In this document: positions 29,420 through 38,394 of the stretch, piece after piece
Position numbering within the stretch: position 1 is the stretch's first letter
Layout of the letters: every line of letters begins with the position of its first letter
Assembly: GCA_963810095.1 (NCBI GenBank)
Contig: CAWEMM010000010.1
Coordinates: forward strand, 192,001-256,000
Direction of reading: 5' to 3'
Length of the DNA stretch: 64,000 nt
From: an uncultured Chloroflexia bacterium
GTDB taxonomy: Bacteria; Chloroflexota; Anaerolineae; CG2-30-64-16
The notes under the pieces: model-generated
What the model was told of the DNA's origin: nothing
The model's database searches: none
Seen by the model: the letters and a program-made list of their open reading frames with translations, nothing else
Position numbers and translations under genes: made by a program

Positions 29420-31584
29420 GCGAGAACCCCTCGACCGCCTCCCTGCAGCCCTTCTTCACGCCGAACGGCGTCGCCATCATCGGCGCCAGCCGCGACCCGT
29501 CGAAGCTCAGCTACGGCGTCATCCGCAACCTGGTCGACCCCGAGCACGGCTACCCCGGCCCGATCTACCCGGTGAACCCGAAGGCCGACGAAATCCTCGG
29601 GCGCCGGTGCTATCCCGACATCGCAGCCGTCCCCGACCCGGTCGAGTTGGCCGTCCTGATCATCCCCGCCGGGGCGGTGATCGCCGGGATCGAGGCGTGC
29701 GGCAAGCGGGGCATCAAGGCCGCGGTTGTGATCTCCGGCGGCTTCCGCGAGGTGGGAGCGGACGGCGCCGCCCGCGAGCGCGAGATGGTGGCCGTGGCAC
29801 GCCAGTACGGTATGCGCGTGATGGGCCCCAACGGGATCGGGGTGATCGACACGCACACCCCGCTCAATACGACCTTCGTCAAGGGGATGCCGCCACAGGG
29901 GAGTATCGCATTCCTCTCCCAGTCGGGCGCGCTCTGCGGCGGCATCATCGATTGGACCGTGGGGCAGGGCATCGGGTTCAGCCGCTTCCTGAGCGTCGGG
30001 AACGAGGCCGACGTGAACGAGACGGACGTGATCCCGTTCCTGGCCGCCGACCCGCTGACCAAGGTCATCACGCTCTATCTCGAAGATGTGAAGGGCGGGC
30101 CGGCATTCGTCGCCGCGCTTCGCGAGGCGGCTGCGCGGAAACCGGTCATCGCGCTGAAGACCGGCCGGACCGGCAGCGGCCAGGCGGCGACCGCTTCGCA
30201 CACGGGCGCGCTTGCCGGCGTCCACTCGGCGTTTCGGGCTGCCTGCAAACAGGCGGGCGCGCTCGAGGTGGAGAGCGTACAGGCCCTGTTCGACGCGGCG
30301 CTGGCTTTCGCATACCAACCCTTGCCCGACGGCAACCGGATCGCCATCGTGACCAACGCGGGCGGGCCGGCCGCGCTGGCAGCCGACACGCTCGAAGGGG
30401 CCGGGCTGCGGCTGGCGCGCACGACGCAGGCCACCCAGGACGCCTTGCGGCCCGTCGTTGCGCCCGATGCCCAATTGGGGGGCCCGGTCGATCTGCTCGG
30501 TGGGGCCGACGAACACGGGTACCGGGCGGCCATGGACGCGGTGCTGGCAGACCCCGACTGCGACGGCGTTCTCGCCGTGCTCGTGCCACAGGTGCTCGTC
30601 AATTCCGTGGCGGTCGTCGAGGCGTTTGGGGCCGCGGCAACAGCGCAAGGGGGCGCGCCAAAGCCAGTGGTGGTCTGCCTCATGGGCGATATCAGTCTGC
30701 ACGAGGCGAGGGCGGCCGCGCACCGCCTGCAGCTTCCCGCATACACCTTCCCCGAAGATGCCGTGGCCGCGTTTGGCGCGCTCTGGCAGCGGCGGCAGGT
30801 CGAAATCGGCCTGCTCCGGAGCGGCCGGGTTTCCGAGCCGGCAGACGCCGAGCGGGCGGCGCATGCCCGCGGCCGGCGGAAGGCGCAGGACGTCTTGATG
30901 CTGGCGCATGCAGCCGGCAGGCACGCGCTCGACGCAGCGGAATGCCGGCCCCTGCTCGAAGCCTACGGCATCCGCACGCCGCAGGAGTTTCTGGCGCTGG
31001 ACCCGGGCGACGCGGTCGAGTTCGCAAACAGCACCGGCTACCCCGTGGTCATGAAGATCATCAGCCCCGATATCCTGCACAAGTCGGACATTGGCGGGGT
31101 GATCGTGGGCATCGAAGACGAACAGGGCGTGCAGGCTGCCTTCGACACGATCCTGGAGCGGGCGCGGGCGGCCCACCCTGCGGCCCGCATTCGCGGCATC
31201 CAGGTGCAGGAGATGGTGCAGGGCGGCCAGCAGGTGATCGTCGGCATCAAGCGGGACCCGACGTTTGGGCCGCTGATCATGTTCGGATTGGGCGGCGTCT
31301 ACGTCGAAGCGCTGGCCGACGTGAGCTTCCGCCTCGCGCCGCTGACGGCCCAGGACGCGGAGGCCATGATCGACGAGGTGCGCTCGGCGAAGCTGTTGAG
31401 CGGCTTGCGCGGCGCGCCGCCGGCCGACCGGGCCGCATTGGTCGATGCCATTGTCCGGATTGGCCGGCTGGCTGCGGACCACGACGAGATTGCCGAGTTG
31501 GACGTGAACCCGCTGCTGGTGCTGCCGGACGGTGGCGGCGCAATAGCCGTCGACGCCCGGGTGATCTTGCAGGAAACAGGATGA
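29416..31584 (+). CDS. ADP-forming acetate-CoA ligase (fused alpha-beta)
   Basis: GPNGIG, SQSGA, SHTGALAG, TNAGG, C-terminal ATP-grasp HKSDIGGV, DVNP. Confidence 0.92.
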   Translation: MSENPSTASLQPFFTPNGVAIIGASRDPSKLSYGVIRNLVDPEHGYPGPIYPVNPKADEILGRRCYPDIAAVPDPVELAVLIIPAGAVIAGIEACGKRGIKAAVVISGGFREVGADGAAREREMVAVARQYGMRVMGPNGIGVIDTHTPLNTTFVKGMPPQGSIAFLSQSGALCGGIIDWTVGQGIGFSRFLSVGNEADVNETDVIPFLAADPLTKVITLYLEDVKGGPAFVAALREAAARKPVIALKTGRTGSGQAATASHTGALAGVHSAFRAACKQAGALEVESVQALFDAALAFAYQPLPDGNRIAIVTNAGGPAALAADTLEGAGLRLARTTQATQDALRPVVAPDAQLGGPVDLLGGADEHGYRAAMDAVLADPDCDGVLAVLVPQVLVNSVAVVEAFGAAATAQGGAPKPVVVCLMGDISLHEARAAAHRLQLPAYTFPEDAVAAFGALWQRRQVEIGLLRSGRVSEPADAERAAHARGRRKAQDVLMLAHAAGRHALDAAECRPLLEAYGIRTPQEFLALDPGDAVEFANSTGYPVVMKIISPDILHKSDIGGVIVGIEDEQGVQAAFDTILERARAAHPAARIRGIQVQEMVQGGQQVIVGIKRDPTFGPLIMFGLGGVYVEALADVSFRLAPLTAQDAEAMIDEVRSAKLLSGLRGAPPADRAALVDAIVRIGRLAADHDEIAELDVNPLLVLPDGGGAIAVDARVILQETG

Positions 31585-32276
31585 GCCAGCCCGCGCTTCC
31601 CGCCCCGGCGCTCCTGCGCCGGGTGCCCTACTTCTCGCAGCTGTCCGAAGCAGTGCTTGCAGCGCTGGCGGCGGCATGCGTCGAGCGGCATTACGACCGG
31701 GGGCAGGTCATCTTCCTGGAGGGTGAGCCGTGCGCCGGGCTGCACGTGGTGGCGGCGGGCGAGGTGAAGATCTTCAAGCTCTCGCCGCAGGGGCGCGAGC
31801 AGATCATCCACCGGATCGGTGCGGGCGACACCTTCAACGACGTTGCCGTGCTCGACGGTGGGCCCAACCCTGCCAGCGCGGCGGCCCTCACCGACGCCCG
31901 TCTCTGGGTCATCACGCGCGCCGAGATGCAGCGACTGGCGCAGGCGCAGCCCGCGCTAGCCTGGGCGTTGATCGAGAGCGTTGCCAGCCGGGCGCGGCAC
32001 CTTGTGGCGATGGTCGAAGACCTGTCGCTCCGGTCCGTCAAGTCGCGGCTGGCGCGGCTCCTGCTCGCCGAGGCGTCTCGTGCGGCCACTGCGGGCGAGC
32101 TCGATCGCAGCCAAATGGTGACGCAGGCCGAGATGGCCGCCCGCCTGGGCACGGTGCGCGAGATGATCGGCCGGGCGCTGCGCGAACTGGCAGACGAGCA
32201 GCTCATCGAGTTCGACAGGCACCGTATCGTGATTGTCGATCAGGCAGGGCTGACGGCGGTTGGCGAAGGGCTCTAG
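31581..32276 (+). CDS. Crp/Fnr-family transcriptional regulator (no Cys cluster; HcpR/DNR-like)
   Basis: cNMP-binding fold GEVKI..GREQI and HTH TQAEMAARLGTVREMIGR. Confidence 0.92.
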   Translation: MSQPALPAPALLRRVPYFSQLSEAVLAALAAACVERHYDRGQVIFLEGEPCAGLHVVAAGEVKIFKLSPQGREQIIHRIGAGDTFNDVAVLDGGPNPASAAALTDARLWVITRAEMQRLAQAQPALAWALIESVASRARHLVAMVEDLSLRSVKSRLARLLLAEASRAATAGELDRSQMVTQAEMAARLGTVREMIGRALRELADEQLIEFDRHRIVIVDQAGLTAVGEGL

Positions 32277-32293
32277 TCAAGGCCGGGGCTAAA

Positions 32294-32335
32294 GCGACAA
32301 AAGTAACTTACAAGTGGGAGCGCTGCGGCTATCTT
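32294..32335 (+). promoter_or_regulatory. Putative Crp/Fnr site GCGAC-AAAA-GTAAC abutting a weak promoter (CTTACA-17-TATCTT)
   Basis: Same 11-mer and same offset to the -10 box as the 35012 site. Confidence 0.6.
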
Positions 32336-32374
32336 TGAGGCGCCGCAGAACGCTGTGCGGCAGGAGTTAGAGGG

Positions 32375-32602
32375 ATGACGAGAGAATTTCTGCCCGAGAT
32401 CGATGCGGCGGCCTGCGACGGCTGCGGCGAATGCCTGCCGGCCTGCGGGGCCGGCGCGCTGGCGATGGCCGGCTCGCACGTGGTGCTCGCGCGCCCCGAT
32501 CTTTGCGAGTACGATGGGAACTGTGAGCCTGCCTGCCCGGTGGGCGCGATCTCTCTGCCGTATGTCATCCTGCTCGGTTTTCCAACGGAAGCGTCAGGGT
32601 GA
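32375..32602 (+). CDS. 2x[4Fe-4S] ferredoxin
   Basis: CDGCGECLPAC and CEYDGNCEPACP. Confidence 0.88.
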   Translation: MTREFLPEIDAAACDGCGECLPACGAGALAMAGSHVVLARPDLCEYDGNCEPACPVGAISLPYVILLGFPTEASG

Positions 32603-33699
32603 ACAGCGTTCCTGCGCCGGGCACGCTCGCCACAGTCAGTTCGCCGCCGTGTGCCCGCGTTAGCTGGCGCGCGATGGCCAGCCCCAGTCCGCTGTTCCCC
32701 GTGCTGCGATCCCGCGCCCGCTCACCCCGCCAGAACCGGTCGAACACATAGGGCAAATCGTCCTCGGCGATCCCTTCCCCCGTATCCCTGACGGTTATTT
32801 CCACTTTGCCGCCGGCTTCGCGCGAGAGAGTTGCACGCTGCCGCCCCGCGGTGTGTGCCGCAGCGCATTGGCAACCAGGTTGCTCAAGACCTGGTCGAGC
32901 CGGCCCGGGTCGCCCGTCACGCGCAGGGCGGCAGGCGGTGGCTCCACCGTCAGCTCGACACCGTCCGCCTCGGCCTGCCCGCTGAAGCTCGTCGCCACGT
33001 CCGCGAGCAGCTCGCCCAAATCGACGGCCTCACGGGTCATGGGCAGCTCGCCCGCTTCGGCCAGAGAAAGCACCCGCAAATCCTCGATCAGACGACCCAG
33101 TGCCTTGGTTTCCGCCAGCGTTGCGGCCAGGTGTTCGGTCGTTGGCTCGTACACGCCGTCGAGCACGCCTTCGAGGTTGCCCTGGATGATGTGCAAGGGG
33201 GTTCGCAACTCGTGGGCCACGTCTGCGGTCAGGTTGCGGCGGCGTTTGTCGGCCAGCTCCAGCTCGGCAGTCATGTGGTTGAACGCCCCGGCCAGGCGAC
33301 CCACGCCGCTCCGGCCCGTCTCGCCACCCGCACGCTCAAGTCGCCGGCCGCAACGGCATCCGCGGCGTGGACGAGATCGGACAACGGCACGATGAGGCGC
33401 GCGAACCCGTAGCGCAAGAGGACGATGATCCCCACAGGCAGCAGGATCGTGGCGCTGAGCGCGGCCAGCCACGACGCAACCGACCCCGCGTCGCCCAGGC
33501 CGCTCAGGTGACCCACGACGCGCGCAAGCGAGGCGGTCCACAACAGAAAGATGCCGAGACTCAACGCCAGGCCGCCGACGAACCGCCAGAAAAGCCGGCG
33601 GTGCCGGCGGCGGTCCCCGCGCCACTGATGGCGCCATGCTTGCCAATCCCCGTCGCCCCGGTCCCGCCACCGCCGGTCACTCACCGGCCGGCCCTTCAC
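32565..33699 (-). CDS. HAMP sensor histidine kinase (BaeS-like; frameshifts ~33320 and ~32820)
   Basis: HELRTPL, NLVANALRH, DTGEGI, GLGLAIA spread over three frames. Confidence 0.85.
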
Positions 33700-34404
33700 T
33701 CGACCACCTCGCCAGCAGCGGCAAGGACCGGCGAACCTGTAGCCGACGCCGTAAACGGTGAGCACGTACTGGGGTGCCAGGGGGTCCACCTCGATCTTGC
33801 GGCGCAGGTTCTTGATATGCGAGTCCACGCTGCGATCGACCCCGTCGTAAGCGACCCCGTGGATGCGTTCGATCAATTGCTCGCGGGTGAAGACCTGGCC
33901 TGGATTCTGCGCCAGGATCGCCAGCAGGTTGAACTCGCTGCGCGTGAGCGCCAGGTCTGCCCCGCCCCGGCGCACCGCGTGGCTCTCGATGTCAATTTCC
34001 AGCGCGCCGGCCCGGATTACTGCCGGCTCGCGCACCGCGCCGCGCGCCCGTCGCAGCACCGCCCGAACCCGTGCGACCAGCTCGCGAGGAGAAAAAGGCT
34101 TGACGATGTAGTCGTCCGCGCCCAGTTCCAGGCCAATCAAGCGGTCCGCTTCCTCGGCCCGGGCCGTGAGCATGATGACGGGCACGTCAGATGTGCGGCG
34201 CAGCGCCCGGCATACCTCCAGCCCGTCCATGCCGGGCAGGTTGAGGTCCAGCACGACCAGGTCGGGCGGATCGTGGCGCGCCTGGGCCAGCGCGGTGGCG
34301 CCGTCACCTGCGACCACCACGCGGAAACCGTCTCGCACCAGGTAATCCTGTGCGAGGCGGGCAATTTGTGGTTCGTCATCGACAACGAGGATGGTTCCGT
34401 TCAT
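33696..34404 (-). CDS. OmpR-family response regulator (1-nt indel near the 3' end)
   Basis: VVDDE, LDLNLP, GADDYIVKPF, VYGVGY; alternative frame ends LAAAGEVVE-TGA overlapping the kinase GTG. Confidence 0.92.
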
Positions 34405-34418
34405 AGTGCCATTCTGCC

Positions 34419-34451
34419 AGACCTTCGAGGTTTCGAAAACCTCGAAGGTCT
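34419..34451. repeat. REP-like palindrome (ACCTTCGAGGT type)
   Basis: agaccttcgaggtttcgaaaacctcgaaggtct; relatives at 52565 and 53498. Confidence 0.7.
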
Positions 34452-34460
34452 CCTGCGCAC

Positions 34461-34892
34461 CTAGACGCGCTGCTCGCCGCTCGCATCACCTTCGGGCTGC
34501 CGCTCCCACGGCGCCCGGCCCTCATCGTGCCAGCGCCGCGCTTCCTCGCCCATCCGTTGACGCATTTGCTCGTGCCATTCGCGCCGGTGCTGCTGCCATC
34601 GGCCGCCGTGGCCGCGCGTGAGGGCGAAGAAACCCAGCGCCAGGAACCCCAGCCCCAACAAGAGCCCCGGCGCGGCGCCGCCGAAGTGCGGTCCGAAGGC
34701 GCCCCCGGGCATCATGTAGGGCGCCAGCGCCGCGGCCCCGCCATCACTTCCGGCCGACAGGCGACCCGCCATGTAGCCCTGCATCCACGCGTTCTGCTGC
34801 GCCGACCCGTTCGCCGCAGAGATCACGACGATGACGAGCAGAGCCGCCACCGCCAACCCAATCCAACGTCTGCCAAACATCGCTTCCTCCAT
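34461..34892 (-). CDS. Hypothetical membrane protein, co-oriented with the two-component system
   Basis: Two hydrophobic segments, H/R/W-rich tail. Confidence 0.7.
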   Translation of the reverse strand: MEEAMFGRRWIGLAVAALLVIVVISAANGSAQQNAWMQGYMAGRLSAGSDGGAAALAPYMMPGGAFGPHFGGAAPGLLLGLGFLALGFFALTRGHGGRWQQHRREWHEQMRQRMGEEARRWHDEGRAPWERQPEGDASGEQRV

Positions 34893-35011
34893 TGTTTGGA
34901 TACCCTGGTCGCAGTGCAGTTTGCATCTGCGATCACGGCATCAGGATAGAGCGGGCTTGTGGAGAAACGATGGAGATTCGCGGGAGGTGTGGTGGAAGGT
35001 GTTTCCTCCAT

Positions 35012-35053
35012 GCGACAAAAGTCTCTGACACAGCCTGTTCCATTCGGTACAAT
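35012..35053 (+). promoter_or_regulatory. Putative Crp/Fnr site GCGAC-AAAA-GTCTC abutting promoter CTGACA-17-TACAAT
   Basis: Site centre ~41 nt upstream of the expected TSS; duplicate geometry at 32294. Confidence 0.6.
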
Positions 35054-35083
35054 GAGAGTGGCTACATGCCGAAGGAGGGCCAC

Positions 35084-35329
35084 ATGCTCGAGCATTTCTG
35101 TCCCGGCTCCAGCAGCCTGCGCAAGGACATTACCCTGACGATCAAGACCTGCCCGCAATGCGGCTCGGACGTCGAGTTGTTCTCCATCGACAAGCGCGCT
35201 GCGTGCGACACGTGCGGCTTCGTCGTCTACAACAGCCTGCAGTCCTGCATCCAGTGGTGCCGCTACGCCGAGCAATGCGTCGGCACGGAAGCCTACCAGC
35301 AGTTCATGGGTCAAGGAAAGCAAAGCTGA
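35084..35329 (+). CDS. Small Cys-rich (zinc-ribbon/Fe-binding) protein
   Basis: CPG, CPQCG, CDTCG, CIQWCRYAEQC; AAGGAGG RBS. Confidence 0.8.
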   Translation: MLEHFCPGSSSLRKDITLTIKTCPQCGSDVELFSIDKRAACDTCGFVVYNSLQSCIQWCRYAEQCVGTEAYQQFMGQGKQS

Positions 35330-35433
35330 ACCGAACACTAAGAACCTAAGGAGGTAAGCTTCGCAAGGACTTGGGTAAGCTTCCTGTCTTCGGTTCTTCC
35401 TGTTATCGTGATCCTCACAGGAGCGAACTTCCA

Positions 35434-36225
35434 GTGACTAGAGCCCTACGAAAGATCATTACCATCGACGAAGAGAAGTGCGATGGCTGCGGTAACTGCG
35501 TGCCGGGGTGCGTCGAGGGCGCGCTCCAGATCGTGGACGGCAAAGCCCGGTTGGTGAAAGAAAGCTACTGCGACGGACTGGGCGCGTGCCTGGGCGAGTG
35601 TCCGCAGGGCGCGCTGACGGTGACCGAGTTGGAGGTCGATGCCTACGACGAGGCCGGCGTGCTGGGCTATCTCGAGCAGAAGTCGCCTGAACTGGTGCAG
35701 CGCCACGTCGAGCACCTCGAAGCCCATGGCATGAAATCTTCTTACGCAGCTCAGCCGCCAGCGCCGGCCCGTGCGCCGGTCGCTATGTGTCCCTCGGTCC
35801 GCCTGGACGCGTGGGCTGCGCCGACATTGGGCGATCAGAGCGGCTCGAATGGCGCCGCGCAGCGCGCCAAGTCCGAGCTGCGGCAGTGGCCCGTGCAACT
35901 GACCCTGCTGCCGCCGAATGCACCCTTTCTGCAGCGGGCTCACCTCACTTTGATCGCGGACTGCGTCCCTTTCGCCGCGCCTAATATGCATGCGGACTTC
36001 ATGGCGGAGGGTGCGATTGCCGTCGGTTGTCCCAAGCTGGACGACGGGCAGGCGTACATCAAGAAGCTGGCGCAGATGATCCAGGCCGCCGACATCCAGA
36101 GCATTCGCGTCGCCTACATGGAAGTGCCATGCTGCCGCGGCCTCGTTTTCATCGCGCAGCAGGCCATTCAGCTCAGCGGCAAGGATGTGCCCCTCACCAC
36201 CGAGCTGGTTGCGATTCACGGCTAG
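35434..36225 (+). CDS. 4Fe-4S dicluster protein (type often found with hcp)
   Basis: CDGCGNCVPGC, CDGLGACLGECP, QWPVQL, GCPKLD, MEVPCC. Confidence 0.88.
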   Translation: MTRALRKIITIDEEKCDGCGNCVPGCVEGALQIVDGKARLVKESYCDGLGACLGECPQGALTVTELEVDAYDEAGVLGYLEQKSPELVQRHVEHLEAHGMKSSYAAQPPAPARAPVAMCPSVRLDAWAAPTLGDQSGSNGAAQRAKSELRQWPVQLTLLPPNAPFLQRAHLTLIADCVPFAAPNMHADFMAEGAIAVGCPKLDDGQAYIKKLAQMIQAADIQSIRVAYMEVPCCRGLVFIAQQAIQLSGKDVPLTTELVAIHG

Positions 36226-36283
36226 ATTGTGTATAATTGCGCATGGCTCGACACTATCATTTGATCTGACGAAGGAGTCCAGG

Positions 36284-36808
36284 ATGCAGAACGGCCCCCC
36301 TGTCCCGGGGGAACCCACCCCCGCCGCGCCGCAGTCGCGCAGCACCCGGCTGTTCAGTTTCTTCCCATTATGGATCTGGATTGCCTTGGCCGGCCTGTTT
36401 GGCGGCATTGTCGGCCTGGGCGGGTTTACCTTCAGTTACGCCTCGGGCCTCTCTTATCTGTCCAACGATCCGGCCGCCTGTGTCAATTGTCACATCATGC
36501 GGCCCCAGTGGGACGCGTGGAACAACGGTCCGCACCACACCGTCGCGGCCTGCAACGACTGCCATGTGCCCCACGACAGCATCGTGTCCAAGTACGCGGT
36601 CAAGGCGCTGAACGGCTTCCGCCACAGCTACGCCTTCACCACCGGCGACTTCGAAGAGCCCATTCGGATCCTGCCGATGGACCGGGAGATCACCCGCAAC
36701 GCGTGCATCTCCTGTCACGGCGCGCTGACCAATGACATGAGCCACGCCAACGCCGAAGACCCCACCGACTGTCTGCGATGCCACTCCGAGGTCGGCCACG
36801 CCGACTGA
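36284..36808 (+). CDS. nrfH: Cytochrome c nitrite reductase small subunit
   Basis: N-terminal TM, SYLSNDPAACVNCH, four CXXCH. Confidence 0.93.
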   Translation: MQNGPPVPGEPTPAAPQSRSTRLFSFFPLWIWIALAGLFGGIVGLGGFTFSYASGLSYLSNDPAACVNCHIMRPQWDAWNNGPHHTVAACNDCHVPHDSIVSKYAVKALNGFRHSYAFTTGDFEEPIRILPMDREITRNACISCHGALTNDMSHANAEDPTDCLRCHSEVGHAD

Positions 36809-36831
36809 GCGAGTTATAACGAGGAGGACCT

Positions 36832-38130
36832 GTGAAGACCAAGCGATCATGGTTATGGATCGGCCTGGCCTTTGTGGCCGGGATCATCATCATGGGCGGC
36901 ATCGCAGCCGTGCTCATGAATATCCAGACGCACAAGAACGAGGAAGCTGTCGCTTCCGTAAAGATCACGCCCATCAGCAACACCGAGCTGGACCCCGCGG
37001 TGTGGGGGCAGAACTTCCCGCGCGAGTATGACTCGTTCAAGAAGACGCAGATCGACGGGGTCGAAACCCCCTACGGCGGCTCGAAGAAGATCGACAAGCT
37101 CGAGAGATATCCCATCCTGAAGCGGGTCTGGGCGGGCTACGCGTTCAGCGTCGAGTTCAACGAGGAGCGCGGCCACTACTATGCGCTGACCGACCAAAAG
37201 GAGACCAAGCGCCAGGAAGTCGTCAAGCAGCCGGGCGCATGCGCCAACTGCCACGCCGCCGAAGCACCCCTCCTGATCGAGTCGATGGGCTGGGATACTT
37301 TCAATTCCACGCCCTACAAGGAACTCGAGAGCCAGCTTCACGGCGGCTCGACCTGTCGCGACTGCCACAACCCCGAGACGATGGAGCTGTGGATCAGCCG
37401 GCCCGCTTTCAAGAACGCGATGGAGAAGCGCGGCGTCGACCTGTCGAAGGCCACCCGGCAGGAGATGCGCACGTACGTGTGTGCGCAGTGCCACGTGGAG
37501 TACTATTTCAAGGGCGACAAGAAAGAGCTGACCTTCCCGTGGGAGAAGGGCCTCCAGATCGAGAACATCAACGAGTACTACGACGAGTACGGGTTCAAGG
37601 ACTGGACGCACAAGGAAACCGGCGCGCCCATGCTGAAGATGCAGCACCCCGAGTTCGAGATGTTCTCCACCAGCCTGCACTACCGGTCGGGTGTGGCCTG
37701 TGCCGACTGCCACATGCCCTACATGCGCGAGGGCGCGGCCAAGGTTTCGGACCATTGGGTGCGCAGCCCGCTGACCAACGTCAACGCCGCGTGCGGCACG
37801 TGCCACAAGGAAGACGAGCAGGCGCTGAAGGATCGCATCCTGATCATCCAGAACAACACGGCACAGCTGCTCCGCACGACCGAAGGCGCGATGGAAGCGG
37901 CGATCGACGCGCTGGCGAAGGCCAAGGCCGCCGGGTTCACCGACGAGCAGCTTAAAGAGGCGCAGAACTTCCACCGCCAGGCTTCCATGCGCTACGACTT
38001 CGTCATGTCCGAAAACTCCACCGGCTTCCACAGCCCCCAGGAAGCCGCCCGGGTGCTCGGCAATGCGATCGACCTGGCGCGGCAGGCGCAGATTGCGGCC
38101 GAGCGCCTGATGGCGACGGCCCAGAAGTAA
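36832..38130 (+). CDS. nrfA: Ammonia-forming cytochrome c nitrite reductase (CXXCH heme-1 variant)
   Basis: GYAFS..ERGH, five CXXCH, CAQCHVEY, KMQHPEFE, ENSTGFHSP. Confidence 0.93.
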   Translation: MKTKRSWLWIGLAFVAGIIIMGGIAAVLMNIQTHKNEEAVASVKITPISNTELDPAVWGQNFPREYDSFKKTQIDGVETPYGGSKKIDKLERYPILKRVWAGYAFSVEFNEERGHYYALTDQKETKRQEVVKQPGACANCHAAEAPLLIESMGWDTFNSTPYKELESQLHGGSTCRDCHNPETMELWISRPAFKNAMEKRGVDLSKATRQEMRTYVCAQCHVEYYFKGDKKELTFPWEKGLQIENINEYYDEYGFKDWTHKETGAPMLKMQHPEFEMFSTSLHYRSGVACADCHMPYMREGAAKVSDHWVRSPLTNVNAACGTCHKEDEQALKDRILIIQNNTAQLLRTTEGAMEAAIDALAKAKAAGFTDEQLKEAQNFHRQASMRYDFVMSENSTGFHSPQEAARVLGNAIDLARQAQIAAERLMATAQK

Positions 38131-38151
38131 CCGCTGCCGGGACAACCAATG

Positions 38152-38183
38152 CGGGCCCGGAGAGGGATTGCTCTCCGGGCCCG
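38152..38183 (+). terminator. GC-rich hairpin after nrfA
   Basis: cgggcccggagag...ctctccgggcccg; no clear U-tract. Confidence 0.45.
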
Positions 38184-38394
38184 CTCGCGTGCGCCGCAAC
38201 CCTGCAGCGCAGTCGCGCACAGAAGGGTCGCAGCCTGGTGCCGGCAAACACTTAAGCAAACCATAAGCTTCACAAGCGCAATGCCCCTGGTTGTACCTAT
38301 CTTCTCCTTTTTGCTCAACTCAAAGGCTCGACTATACTAGTGGTTGGTGTGCGAGCCGCCAGAGGCGCGCGCGATTCGACCTAACGAGCGTGAT

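Noticed and set aside
29194-32276. Very long Crp/Fnr ORF (29607-32276) and extended ligase start
   Set aside because: Real starts are the ATGA-overlap codons at 29416 and 31581; the upstream extensions are shadows
33271-34404. Response regulator fused to kinase N-terminus
   Set aside because: One-base correction gives a normal stop (TGA) overlapping the kinase GTG; likely sequencing error
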